NCBI GenBank assembly: GCA_965216565.1
Contig: OZ244170.1
Coordinates: 1,312,001 to 1,376,000, forward strand
DNA: 64,000 nucleotides
Source: Bythopirellula sp.
GTDB taxonomy: Bacteria > Planctomycetota > Planctomycetia > Pirellulales > Lacipirellulaceae
Reading direction: 5' to 3'
Positions 28,716-38,431 of the stretch are shown one piece after another (within the stretch, counting starts at the first letter, position 1; every line of letters starts with the position of its first letter). The translations under genes were made by a program, and so were the position numbers. The notes below the pieces were generated by a model. It searched no databases. It saw only the letters and a list, made by a program, of their open reading frames with translations, and had not been told where the DNA came from.

Positions 28716-28752
28716 ATTTTCTAGTCCACTTTTCCACAGTGGAGCGTATTTG
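28716..28752 (+). promoter_or_regulatory. Putative ECF sigma promoter, copy 2 (autoregulatory position)
   Basis: ATTTTCTAGTCCACTTTTCCACAGTGGAGCGTATTTG, about 85 bp upstream of the ECF sigma ATG; same spacing as copy 1. Confidence 0.65.
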
Positions 28753-28836
28753 ATTCTGAGGAGAAAGAACGATCTGATGGGGGGTGTCCCCAGAGTCGAG
28801 GATTGTTGCTTGGCTAGATGAAGTTTCAGGAAGTGC

Positions 28837-29385
28837 ATGGAAAGATTTAATCCATCATCGAAATCAGGGGACTCTGAGCGAATAGCCGAGTTTGTGGAAC
28901 TGTATTCGCAGCACTACCAACGTTTGCAGTATTACGTGATGGCTTTGCTGCCAACCCCGACCGATGCAGCCGACGTGCTACAGGAAACAAGTTTGGTCTT
29001 GTGGAAAAAGTTTGAAACGTTTGAATCCGGGACCAACTTCTTCGCCTGGGCGTGCACGATTGCTCGATTGCAAACAAAGAAGCACTACCAGTCGACGAAT
29101 CGCAGTGCCGTGCTGCTAGCCGAATCCACGCTTGAGCTAGTTGCGACTGAAGCGATGGAAGCTGTCAATAATCCAACACTAGCGATGGACGCGCTGGAGT
29201 CGTGCCTTGATAAGCTCGATGAATCAGACCGAAAGTTGATCTGTCGCCGATACGAGGCCGGTGTCTCTGTGAAGGCGATTGCGGCTGAGATTGGTGTCAC
29301 CCCAAATTTCCTATCCAAGACCTTTAGTAGAATTCGACGTAACCTGCTGACTTGCATTCAAGCAACTCTAGCAAGAGAAGCATAA
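28837..29385 (+). CDS. ECF sigma-70 factor, Rhodopirellula/Verrucomicrobium family
   Basis: DAADVLQETSLVLWKKF..F..GTNFFAWA; ALESCLDKL...DRKLI..RY; LS....RIRRNL..CI. Confidence 0.92.
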   Translation: MERFNPSSKSGDSERIAEFVELYSQHYQRLQYYVMALLPTPTDAADVLQETSLVLWKKFETFESGTNFFAWACTIARLQTKKHYQSTNRSAVLLAESTLELVATEAMEAVNNPTLAMDALESCLDKLDESDRKLICRRYEAGVSVKAIAAEIGVTPNFLSKTFSRIRRNLLTCIQATLAREA

Positions 29386-29410
29386 GAACCGATTCATTCC
29401 GTACACAAAT

Positions 29411-31837
29411 ATGTCCGACAACTCCCATAGCTCTCGATCGACAGCAGACGTTGACCAGCTCGATTCGGCCAAGCGTCGCGAATTGCACAGGTTGTGCGGC
29501 CGCGCCTACGACGAAGTCTTGACCGAGGAGGATAAAGCTCTGCTCGACACTCTTCTCTCTGAAAGTCGAGCTGCCAGAGCCTTGTACTTTCAATACGTTG
29601 AACTTCACACACTAATGCTCGCCAAAGTGGGCATCGGTGAGCAGCGCGAAGCCGAGGCGCTAAGGGAACGTGTCAGTGCTGAATGTGGCGATGAGGAAGT
29701 TGACGCTACAGATTCATTGAAGAGAGTCGCGAACCACACTTTACAGAACGCCAACCTTAAGAGCCGTGCGAATCTCTTACTTAGCCTGGCCGCGTTACTG
29801 TTGCTTGCTGTCACCGTTGGCGTTGCAGTGTTTTCCAATCAAGCTGCAAACAGTCCGCAAAGTTCAACGGTCGCTGAATCGCAATCAGTTTTAGACAAAA
29901 GCGTTGTTGGCGCTGAAGAACCCGTAAATCAAATTCAGTTAAGCTACATGTCACCGGCAACGCAATGGCTGGGGGATGCATCGTTCGGGCCATCGAACGA
30001 GATTCCATCTGGTCAGCGACTGCAAATTGGCACCGGTGAAATTGAACTTACCTACGCTTCCGGGACCAAGCTGCTTCTCGTCGGCCCGGCTGAATTCTTG
30101 GTCGAACCCATTGGGGGGCAACTTTACAGAGGAGGTTTGGTTGCCTCAGTTTCGGAAGAGGGCCATGGGTTCACCATCACCACGCCTAGCGGCAAAGTTG
30201 TCGACCTTGGTACAGAGTTTGGCGTAGCCGTCGACGACTTTGGTCTGTCCGAAGTAAGTGTCTTCCAAGGTAAAGTAGAAGCCTTTTACAACCTCCCAGA
30301 CGGCCGCAAGAAGAAGCACGAATTAACCAAAGGACGCGGGTTGCAGTGGAACGAGAAAGATCACCAACTCTTGGACGCTGATTTGCGTCGCTTCGCCGCC
30401 TCGGTTCTAGATCAGATGCCGAGGGGTGAACACACAGATTCAGAAGGCCGTGTCACGCTAGTGGACAAGTTTCGGCAGGCGTCCTTAGATCATCGCAAGT
30501 GGAAAGTCCTAGGGGATGTGAATACCACAGTCGACGGGTTGCGACTCAATGGGGACGGTACTGCAGAGAATCTCCCCTATGTGATTTCGAGTAGGGAGTA
30601 CGATCCCTCGCAAGGACCGATCTCTGTGACCTGCGATTTTCGATTTGTCGAAGGTAGCATTTTGGGCCCAGCTTCCTTATCGGTACTGACACGTTCAGTG
30701 GATCAGCGGGGAGTCGCACTTGGTCCCTCGGCGGGCGTTCTTGCTTCCTGTGCTCGCTGCAGTCTCGAAATTAATGCGAATGACCCGCTAGACGGTGTAC
30801 TCTTGACGGGAATCAAGATGGAAAGCGACCGAGAAGTTTCCCACCTCTCTGGGAGTCGTTTCCACCAGCCCTTGCCAAATGCGACCTATCGGCTCGTTGT
30901 TCAGGATGACGGTGTCAATGTGACCCTTACCGTATCTCTGCGAGATAATCCTTCCATCAGTAAGACGGTGACATGTCGTTCGCTATTTCGGGGCGGTGCA
31001 AATCACATTGCAATTGAAGGGGCGCTTGCGGGGTCGGTGATAGTCGACGAAGTAAGGATCACTCAGGATCTAGCCGGCGAGGCTCTTTCTAGCTATGCCG
31101 ATTTCACTTCCATGCTCCATCGGCAGCGACTGCAAACTAGCATTGAACAAGAGATATTCAAAACATTCGTCCCAACCAATGGGAAACTTGTTTTAGAAGA
31201 CGATTTTGAGGACGAGCAGCTCAACCAGCAGCTCTGGAACACGCTGGGAGAAACTCGCATTCTTGACGGGGCAGTTCAGCTAGGTCTTCCGAATGATGAA
31301 GGACGCATCAATACGTGGAAGGCTCGTCCCTACCTAATTACCCAAGACGAATACGACCCAGGCGTAGCATCTCTTACAATACTGGGAAAAATTACCTTTG
31401 CCGATAACTTTCTAAACGGGTACGGAGCTTCGTTCGCAGTCATGACTCGCGCTGACAGGGAGCTGGGGCAGGGACCTGGTTGGGAATACTCGATCCTCCG
31501 CCAGGGTATGCGCGCTAACTTCTGGCCCGCTGCGTGGAATTCGGAACACAGCTTGGAAATCCACGAAAAACCTTCGTCCAACACAATCACACTACTGGCC
31601 ACCCAAGGCGCGGAAGTCGACCCCAAGAAAAAATCCTATCTGTTCCAAGTAATCGACGACGGTAGCAATGTTGCTCTTACGATCGTAGACCCTCTACAGC
31701 CGAAGTTTCCCATTAAGATCTCTTCACCAACCAACACTACGCTCCGAACTGGTCACATTGGCTTCGAAAGTTGCTGGGGTTCTCCTATCTTGCTCGATAA
31801 CATTCGGATCTATCAAAACTTCGAGAGATCCGAATAG
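29411..31837 (+). CDS. FecR-like anti-sigma factor with two tandem C-terminal beta-sandwich domains
   Basis: Cytoplasmic N-terminus (LL.ESRAARALY..Y..LH); TM; GFTITTPSGKVVDLGTEFGVAV...VFQGKVE FecR motif. Confidence 0.85.
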   Translation: MSDNSHSSRSTADVDQLDSAKRRELHRLCGRAYDEVLTEEDKALLDTLLSESRAARALYFQYVELHTLMLAKVGIGEQREAEALRERVSAECGDEEVDATDSLKRVANHTLQNANLKSRANLLLSLAALLLLAVTVGVAVFSNQAANSPQSSTVAESQSVLDKSVVGAEEPVNQIQLSYMSPATQWLGDASFGPSNEIPSGQRLQIGTGEIELTYASGTKLLLVGPAEFLVEPIGGQLYRGGLVASVSEEGHGFTITTPSGKVVDLGTEFGVAVDDFGLSEVSVFQGKVEAFYNLPDGRKKKHELTKGRGLQWNEKDHQLLDADLRRFAASVLDQMPRGEHTDSEGRVTLVDKFRQASLDHRKWKVLGDVNTTVDGLRLNGDGTAENLPYVISSREYDPSQGPISVTCDFRFVEGSILGPASLSVLTRSVDQRGVALGPSAGVLASCARCSLEINANDPLDGVLLTGIKMESDREVSHLSGSRFHQPLPNATYRLVVQDDGVNVTLTVSLRDNPSISKTVTCRSLFRGGANHIAIEGALAGSVIVDEVRITQDLAGEALSSYADFTSMLHRQRLQTSIEQEIFKTFVPTNGKLVLEDDFEDEQLNQQLWNTLGETRILDGAVQLGLPNDEGRINTWKARPYLITQDEYDPGVASLTILGKITFADNFLNGYGASFAVMTRADRELGQGPGWEYSILRQGMRANFWPAAWNSEHSLEIHEKPSSNTITLLATQGAEVDPKKKSYLFQVIDDGSNVALTIVDPLQPKFPIKISSPTNTTLRTGHIGFESCWGSPILLDNIRIYQNFERSE

Positions 31838-31852
31838 CGAGAACTTACATAG

Positions 31853-33793
31853 ATGAAACCTGCCTTCTCGAACGTCACCGTACCCAGTCTTGGCGCTCAT
31901 TCTTCATTGGTTACGCAGTGCGTCGCATTTCTTTTGGCAGTAGCTTCGTTTCTAATCTTTGCTGTACCTCTGGAAGCAGAGAGCCTACCAGCGATCGAAC
32001 CTAAAACGATTTACCTCAGTGGTTACACCGCTGAGATTTCCGGGCCACCCCTGCAGCAACGCGATGGCACATTGCGGTACTGGCACGATGCAGCGACGAC
32101 CGCAAGCTGGAAAGTATACGTCTCGGAAAGCTGCAATGTGGAAGTCAAAGTACTGGTAGCAGTAGATAAAGACTTTGCTGGCAGCCAATTCGAAGTTCAT
32201 CTAGGCGATCAGGTGCTTGCCGGGCAGATGGCCGACACAGGCGGCTGGGAAAACTATCAAGAAGTCTCGCTAGGTAGCGTCGAGGTCGAACGGGGCGAGC
32301 ATCTCGTGAGTATCAATCCCAAGGTGCTTCCCAAAGGCGTATTTGGAAATCTGAGAGCGGTCCGACTCGTGGGTACCCACTTGGTTCACGAAGACGACAG
32401 GCAGGCACCCGACTTAAATGGGCCCGTAAAGGTTTACCTCACGGCAAAGCATCGCGGTAGCCGACTGACCCAAAGCAGTAGTCTCAAGCCAAGCAAGAAC
32501 ATTTCCAACGATGGCATCAAAGTGGTCATCGATCCCCTCCAACGATTTCAAACAATCGAGGGTTTCGGAGGAGCATTTACCGAGTCGGCTGGAATAGTCT
32601 TCAGTCAGCTCAGTGTGCCCAAACAAGAGGAGGTGATACGAGCCTATTTCGATAAAGACACTGGGCACGGATATCGACTCTGCCGCACGCACATCAACAG
32701 TTGCGATTTCTCTAGGGGGAACTATGCCTACACGGAGGTTGATGGTGATACGGAGCTTGAGCACTTCTCGATTGAGAAAGATCGAGAATACCTAATCCCA
32801 CTCATTAAAAGAGCACAAGAAGCCATCGGCGGAGAGCGCATCAAGTTGCTCGCGTCCCCCTGGAGCCCTCCGGCATGGATGAAAACCACCGGAGAAATGA
32901 CACAAGGTGGCAAGCTGAAACCAGAGTTTCGCGATGTTTGGGCACGGTACTACTGTCGCTACATCGAGGAGTACTCCAAAGAGGGAATACCCATATGGGG
33001 TCTCACGGTCCAGAACGAGCCCGACGCGGTGCAGCGTTGGGAATCGTGCATTTACTCTGCCGAAGAGGAACGCGACTTCGTCCGAGACTTTTTGGGGCCA
33101 ACCCTACACGAACATGATCTAGGACAAATAAAACTAATTGTGTGGGACCACAATCGCGATCAGCTATTTGAGCGCGCGCAGACCATCTTCGATGACCCGG
33201 CAGCTTCCAGATACGTCTGGGGAGCAGGGTTCCATTGGTATGTCTCCGACGACTATCACCACGCTGGAATGGTTACCGACTTCTACCCGGATAAAAAACT
33301 GCTGTTCACCGAAGGGTGTCTCGAGGGTGGTCCGCAACTGAACGATTGGACCGCGGGCGAAAGATATGCGCGTTCTATTCTTAACGACCTCAATCAGGGA
33401 GTTGTTGGTTGGATCGATTGGAATCTGATGCTCAATATGCAAGGAGGACCCAACCATGTTGGCAACTATTGCAGCGCTCCAATTATTGTCGATACTGAAA
33501 ATGATCGCTTGAATTACCTGAGCTCTTATTACTACTTAGGACACTTCTCACGTTTCGTACGTCCAGGGGCCCAACGTATTTTGTGCCGCAATACGGGCAA
33601 AGAGTTGCTGTCGTCTGCATTCGTCAATCAGGATGGCAGCATAGCGATCGTCCTCCTGAATGAGCAAGAGTACCCGTTACGCTATTCTCTGAAGATGGCT
33701 GGCTTGCAAACCGAGTCTGTCATCCCTGAACGCTCAATCAACACCTTGGTGATCGACGCAGGTCTGCACACGGCCAGTGCCGAGCGGAATTGA
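31853..33793 (+). CDS. Glycoside hydrolase family 30 (glucosylceramidase-like) with an N-terminal CBM-like domain
   Basis: GFGGAFTE, RTHINSCDFS, ASPWSPPAWMK, QNEP (acid/base), FTEG (nucleophile), WIDWN; N-terminal TGGWENY motif. Confidence 0.9.
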   Translation: MKPAFSNVTVPSLGAHSSLVTQCVAFLLAVASFLIFAVPLEAESLPAIEPKTIYLSGYTAEISGPPLQQRDGTLRYWHDAATTASWKVYVSESCNVEVKVLVAVDKDFAGSQFEVHLGDQVLAGQMADTGGWENYQEVSLGSVEVERGEHLVSINPKVLPKGVFGNLRAVRLVGTHLVHEDDRQAPDLNGPVKVYLTAKHRGSRLTQSSSLKPSKNISNDGIKVVIDPLQRFQTIEGFGGAFTESAGIVFSQLSVPKQEEVIRAYFDKDTGHGYRLCRTHINSCDFSRGNYAYTEVDGDTELEHFSIEKDREYLIPLIKRAQEAIGGERIKLLASPWSPPAWMKTTGEMTQGGKLKPEFRDVWARYYCRYIEEYSKEGIPIWGLTVQNEPDAVQRWESCIYSAEEERDFVRDFLGPTLHEHDLGQIKLIVWDHNRDQLFERAQTIFDDPAASRYVWGAGFHWYVSDDYHHAGMVTDFYPDKKLLFTEGCLEGGPQLNDWTAGERYARSILNDLNQGVVGWIDWNLMLNMQGGPNHVGNYCSAPIIVDTENDRLNYLSSYYYLGHFSRFVRPGAQRILCRNTGKELLSSAFVNQDGSIAIVLLNEQEYPLRYSLKMAGLQTESVIPERSINTLVIDAGLHTASAERN

Positions 33794-33802
33794 TTCGATT
33801 TA

Positions 33803-35977
33803 ATGCAACGCCATAGGATAAGGAAACGGATCCAGGTGTTTCTCTACAGTATCGCCAGAAAAAGCATTCTGATTGTGGCAGGGCTGTTGGTGGCCTGCGC
33901 CAGTGCAGAAATTGCCGGAGCTGCTCGGGGACGGCCGCACATCGATACCAGCTTGGGCTACAACATGCTCTTGTCCGACAACAATTCCCTTCTCAGGGGT
34001 GTCAGCTTGTCGTTTGACGGCGGCGACCCGTACGGCAGTTTGACTAAAACGATGCCCACGCAAGAGCAACTGAACTCGCTCGCGCGCGACTATGGATTGA
34101 ACACCGTGCACCTCTACTTAGAGGGCAACTCGTCGATGAATCCAAATTCAGTGGGCTACAACGCGGCCGATGCCGACCTGCTTGTCCAAAGAACTGCCGC
34201 CGCAGACCTCTATCTCATCATCACCATTGGCAACAATGGAGAAAATGGCAGTATTCACAGCATGGATTTTGCGCAAGACTTCTGGGAATTCTATGGGCCA
34301 CGATACAAAGACGAAACTCACGTGATTTACGAAGCCCATAACGAACCTGCACTATTCACGCCTAATCAATGGACCGATACAGATTGGGATAGGCAAATCA
34401 CGCTTTACAATACCATTCGTTCAGAAGCACCTGATACGTTTGCACTGCTAGGCTCGTTCATGGGTTTTGCGGGCGATCCCAGGTATGGGGCAAATTACTT
34501 GGCTGCAGGGGGCGTTGACTGGAGTAATGCAGGCTTTGCGCACCATGGCTACGAGAGCAAAGCGGGCATCGAAAATGCGATTTCGCTAATGCAAGCCAAC
34601 ACCTCCTATCCAGCGACACTCTCGACAGAGTTTTGGCCTGGCGACACGCCTAGTCCAACGTCGGGCGGACAAGAATACAACAGCATGTACGAGAGCTACC
34701 ACAATGGTTGGATGCAGTTCCAATGGCTTGGTGCTGATGATGAGGATCTTCACGATTTCCGGTCTAAGATAACATCAGCCGGTACGACTTGGACCCCAGA
34801 CCATCCCGCAGCAACCTGGCCGGCACTTGGCACTCCCGACATACCTGCATTGGGAACAACTGTTGGTATCTATAGCAGAGACAACCAAAGTTTCTTGAGT
34901 GCTAATCCCTCAGCAGGGAGCGTGCTCAAAGCTGACGTTACCAATTACACAGGCACACAGAACGATGCCTTTACCATTGAGCCGATTGACGATCGATTCC
35001 TTCGCCTCAAAGCTGCCAACGGACTCTATGTGAGCACATCCAGTGAAGGTGATGCGCTTGCTGCCCAAACATCTAATCCCGGAGCCGCGGAAAAGTTCGA
35101 GTGGCTGCGTCACCCCAATGGCGATATTTCCTTACGTGCTTTTGGTGGTGGCGGACATCTCGTGGAATACGATTCGTCTTCCGGGTCTTTCTTTCCCTCA
35201 GGCGACAATGGCCGCGATTCTGCCACAAACTTCGCCATCGTCACTACACTCGGTACGACACCATTACCTTTGATTGGCGATCCTTTTTACGGGACGCCGC
35301 TAACCGTGCCGGGAAAAATAGAGGCCGAAGACTTCGACTTGGGCGGATCGGGGCAGAGCTACCTCGACAGCGACTCAAATAACATCGGCGGCAAGTATCG
35401 GCCATTAGAAGAAGTCGACATCGAAGCGACGAGCGATGTGGGTGGCGGCTACAACGTCGGCTGGCTCGGGTCGGGTGAATGGCTGGAATACACAATCGAC
35501 GTCACTGCCGCTGTAGCTGCTGAGTATTTGCTGACTGCAAGAGTTGCGACCCCGAACGCGAGCGGGGCGTTTTATGTTGAGTTCGCAGGTGTCAACGAGA
35601 CGGGGACCTTGTCCGTTCCCAATACCGGGGACTGGCAGAGTTGGTCTGATGTATCGGCCACCGTCACACTCGAGCCTGGCATCCAAACGATGCGATTTTA
35701 CCGTGCCGGCAGCGATGAATTTAACCTCAACAACTTCACATTCACCAGAGTGGGTGATTTTGATTTCGACGGCGATGTCGACGGATTAGATTTTCTAGCC
35801 TGGCAACAAAACGGCGCCACTCCCGCCGGCTTGCTTGAATGGGAGAACAACTATGGAGGATCCGGTGCAATTGCGAGCGCGACTCTCGTTCCCGAACCGA
35901 CATCTCTTGCATTGACGCTGATGTTGCCGTTATTCCTTTCTCGCAGAAGGATCGCACCCCGACACCGCCGAACTTAA
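33803..35977 (+). CDS. Clan GH-A (GH5-like) hydrolase + fascin-like beta-trefoil + CBM6 + dockerin-like + PEP-CTERM
   Basis: YEAHNEP and STEFW catalytic Glu motifs; LKAANGLYV fascin-like; PGKIEAEDFD...GEWLEYT...TGDWQSW CBM6; GDFDFDGDVDGLDFLAWQ; VPEPTS. Confidence 0.82.
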   Translation: MQRHRIRKRIQVFLYSIARKSILIVAGLLVACASAEIAGAARGRPHIDTSLGYNMLLSDNNSLLRGVSLSFDGGDPYGSLTKTMPTQEQLNSLARDYGLNTVHLYLEGNSSMNPNSVGYNAADADLLVQRTAAADLYLIITIGNNGENGSIHSMDFAQDFWEFYGPRYKDETHVIYEAHNEPALFTPNQWTDTDWDRQITLYNTIRSEAPDTFALLGSFMGFAGDPRYGANYLAAGGVDWSNAGFAHHGYESKAGIENAISLMQANTSYPATLSTEFWPGDTPSPTSGGQEYNSMYESYHNGWMQFQWLGADDEDLHDFRSKITSAGTTWTPDHPAATWPALGTPDIPALGTTVGIYSRDNQSFLSANPSAGSVLKADVTNYTGTQNDAFTIEPIDDRFLRLKAANGLYVSTSSEGDALAAQTSNPGAAEKFEWLRHPNGDISLRAFGGGGHLVEYDSSSGSFFPSGDNGRDSATNFAIVTTLGTTPLPLIGDPFYGTPLTVPGKIEAEDFDLGGSGQSYLDSDSNNIGGKYRPLEEVDIEATSDVGGGYNVGWLGSGEWLEYTIDVTAAVAAEYLLTARVATPNASGAFYVEFAGVNETGTLSVPNTGDWQSWSDVSATVTLEPGIQTMRFYRAGSDEFNLNNFTFTRVGDFDFDGDVDGLDFLAWQQNGATPAGLLEWENNYGGSGAIASATLVPEPTSLALTLMLPLFLSRRRIAPRHRRT

Positions 35978-36204
35978 AAGGCACGAGCCGTGGAGACCAC
36001 TACTTGTTTTAGAGCTGCAAAGGCTTTCTATTCCTAGTTCGAACCTATTACAAACGTAGGCAAGAGTTGTTGCTCTTCATCAAGTGTTATCAAAACGTGG
36101 TCGCAAATACTGGGAAGCGATATTACGCGTGATGCTCTGATGAGCTACGAACGCTGAGGCCAATTGCTGTGGCAGCAAGGTTGTTACCGTGTTGGTGGCT
36201 GCAT

Positions 36205-36996
36205 TTAGCGTAACTGGCATTTCGGGCAGGCAAATACTTTTCGTGCGCCTAACAGCCAACTCTCAATTTCCGTATCGCAACGACTACAGATCGGCTGCTT
36301 GTAGACCAGCAATCTCTCGTCACGATTCATCCGGCTACGCGGCTTACCAATTTCTTTCGGCTCAGCAATAATGATGCGGTTATACTTCACGCCGATTTCC
36401 AACAGCGATTTTAGCTTGGACCAGAGTAGTGTCACTTGCTCGCGAGTAAGTGCTCGGCCAGGAGTCTCTGGATGGATACCGAGCAGAAACAGTACTTCAC
36501 TGCGGTAGATGTTACCCACGCCGGCAATCACAGACTGATTCAGAAGTACTGTGCCGATAGCAGCACGACTACCGCTGATCCGATTCCAGATTTGCGCGAA
36601 ATCACTGTCCTCACGCAACGGATCTGCGCCTAGACGAGCTTGAACATCCGCCCATTCCTCTTGAGTAATTACTCGACAAGTGTTGGGGCCGTTGAGATCG
36701 AAACCCCTTTGCTTGCCGACTACACGCAACCGTACTTGACCACGTGGTTCCGGAAGGGGAGGGCGATGGTGACGAAATTTTCCGTAGAGGCCAAGGTGGA
36801 TATGCAGAAGTCTACCACCAGACCAATGGTAGCAGAGATGTTTGCCGTGAGCTTCAACCGAATGGAGTGTCTTGCCGCTGATCAGCTTTGCGCCGTCAGC
36901 GAAGCGTCCTTGAGGCGAGGATACTTTTAGTCTGTGGCCGGCGAAATCGCGTTGATGATCTCTAGCAAGCCGATGGATCGTATGGCCTTCAGGCAT
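36205..36996 (-). CDS. nei: Fpg/Nei family DNA glycosylase (endonuclease VIII-like)
   Basis: N-terminal PEGHT, HGKHL, HLGLYG, H2TH LLNQSVIAGVGNIYRSE, C-terminal CxxC...CPKC zinc finger. Confidence 0.88.
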   Translation of the reverse strand: MPEGHTIHRLARDHQRDFAGHRLKVSSPQGRFADGAKLISGKTLHSVEAHGKHLCYHWSGGRLLHIHLGLYGKFRHHRPPLPEPRGQVRLRVVGKQRGFDLNGPNTCRVITQEEWADVQARLGADPLREDSDFAQIWNRISGSRAAIGTVLLNQSVIAGVGNIYRSEVLFLLGIHPETPGRALTREQVTLLWSKLKSLLEIGVKYNRIIIAEPKEIGKPRSRMNRDERLLVYKQPICSRCDTEIESWLLGARKVFACPKCQLR

Positions 36997-37011
36997 CGGA
37001 AGAGCGTATTC

Positions 37012-37875
37012 CTATTCGATGATTGTTTTATCTGCCGCACCCTGTAAAAACCGTAGTGGCGCCAGCAGATTGTCTTTCCAGGAAACCTGAGTCTTCGTCC
37101 CCTGGCAAAGTAATATCGTGGCATCATCGATCATTAGGTTCTGTGAATGTTCTTCCTTAATCCCTTCAATAAGAGTAGCAATTAGCTTCTCCGGTTGCGT
37201 TGGATTGAGCTCGCAAACACGTTCAACTACTCCGTCCATGCCGATAAATCTCCCCTCCAAATCACGGCACTCGGTAATGGCGTTGCTAAAACAGAGAACC
37301 AAATCGCCCACGTTGAGTTTTATATCGAATTCCTGGTATTCTTGCGGGTCGCTCACACCGTGGGATTCTGGTGAGAATGCCAAGTTGTTTGAAACTTGTT
37401 TCAGCACGGACCATGTTTTCTGCTGGCTGTTGTACAGGAGTGGCGGTGGATTGCCTGTGTTGCAGATAGAGAGGGTACGTGTTGGCGAAAAGAACGTGCT
37501 AATCATGGTTGTTGCGAAGCAGCCGTGCTCCGAGCATTCGGCGAACCGACGACCGATCTCCCTAACAAAAAGAGCCTGCCGAATGGTGTTGATGTTCTTT
37601 TTCATCAGCTCGCGTAATTCTTCCGAAAGCTTAGTGTACTGAGGCAATTGTCCGCACACTTCTGCTACCATCATGCGTGTAATTCGGCCAGAGGAACACG
37701 AAGAGAGTAAGTATAGGTCAGAGCCACCCGAGAGATTGCGATCCACGGCCTGACTCGAAATCCAAATGTCGACTCCAGGCCGAACTAAGTGTTTTTCTCG
37801 ACTTCCATTCCCTCCCCAAACCTCCATGCAATTGAGGCCGGGGTCATTCAGGCTGGGCGGGATTGTAGTAGACAT
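37012..37875 (-). CDS. SpoIIE/PP2C-like phosphatase domain protein with degenerate metal ligands
   Basis: CMEVWGGN, FATT, CNTGNPPP, GDLVLCFSNAITE and DDAT. Confidence 0.75.
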   Translation of the reverse strand: MSTTIPPSLNDPGLNCMEVWGGNGSREKHLVRPGVDIWISSQAVDRNLSGGSDLYLLSSCSSGRITRMMVAEVCGQLPQYTKLSEELRELMKKNINTIRQALFVREIGRRFAECSEHGCFATTMISTFFSPTRTLSICNTGNPPPLLYNSQQKTWSVLKQVSNNLAFSPESHGVSDPQEYQEFDIKLNVGDLVLCFSNAITECRDLEGRFIGMDGVVERVCELNPTQPEKLIATLIEGIKEEHSQNLMIDDATILLCQGTKTQVSWKDNLLAPLRFLQGAADKTIIE

Positions 37876-37913
37876 AATGAAAGTGCCTCGTAGGTCTTAA
37901 ATCGAAGTGGTGG

Positions 37914-38390
37914 CTACGAGACTGACTTCGCGGATACTGCGTCGCTATTAGCAAAGTACCGACTGTCGTTGACCCAATCTTCCCGCGTATAGCTAATCAC
38001 TGAAGTATCCGTTTCTCTTACTTCTAGCAAGCTTAAACGAAATCCCATTTCCGTGATCTCAGTGAAGAGCAGGTGGGCCAAGTTTTCGACGGTGGTGGGC
38101 TGCGAAAATCGTTTTAGTTTCAATTCTTCGCCTGTACGCTGCATGTGCTGAGTTAATGTGTCGTAGAGTGGATCTTTGACATGAATTAGCATGCCATGAT
38201 CGTATTTAGCCTTCAGGAAGGGCTCGATTTTGCTGTCGAAATCACCGAAAAGCGTCGACAATGCGCCGGTCCGTTCGACTTCAAAATGACAGGTGATTCC
38301 ATATCGATGCCCGTGTAAGTTTCGGCACTTGTCTTGCAACTCTTCATTTCGATGAGCTGCGTAGAACTTATACTGTTTCTGGACTATCAT
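37914..38390 (-). CDS. queD: 6-carboxytetrahydropterin synthase / PTPS family
   Basis: F.AAH, CRNLHGHRY (Cx3HGH), DF, DH, PTTVENLA and VRETDTS. Confidence 0.82.
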   Translation of the reverse strand: MIVQKQYKFYAAHRNEELQDKCRNLHGHRYGITCHFEVERTGALSTLFGDFDSKIEPFLKAKYDHGMLIHVKDPLYDTLTQHMQRTGEELKLKRFSQPTTVENLAHLLFTEITEMGFRLSLLEVRETDTSVISYTREDWVNDSRYFANSDAVSAKSVS

Positions 38391-38431
38391 GCTGCTGTTC
38401 TCTTTGAGGCAAATTAGTGACCCTGGTTTAG

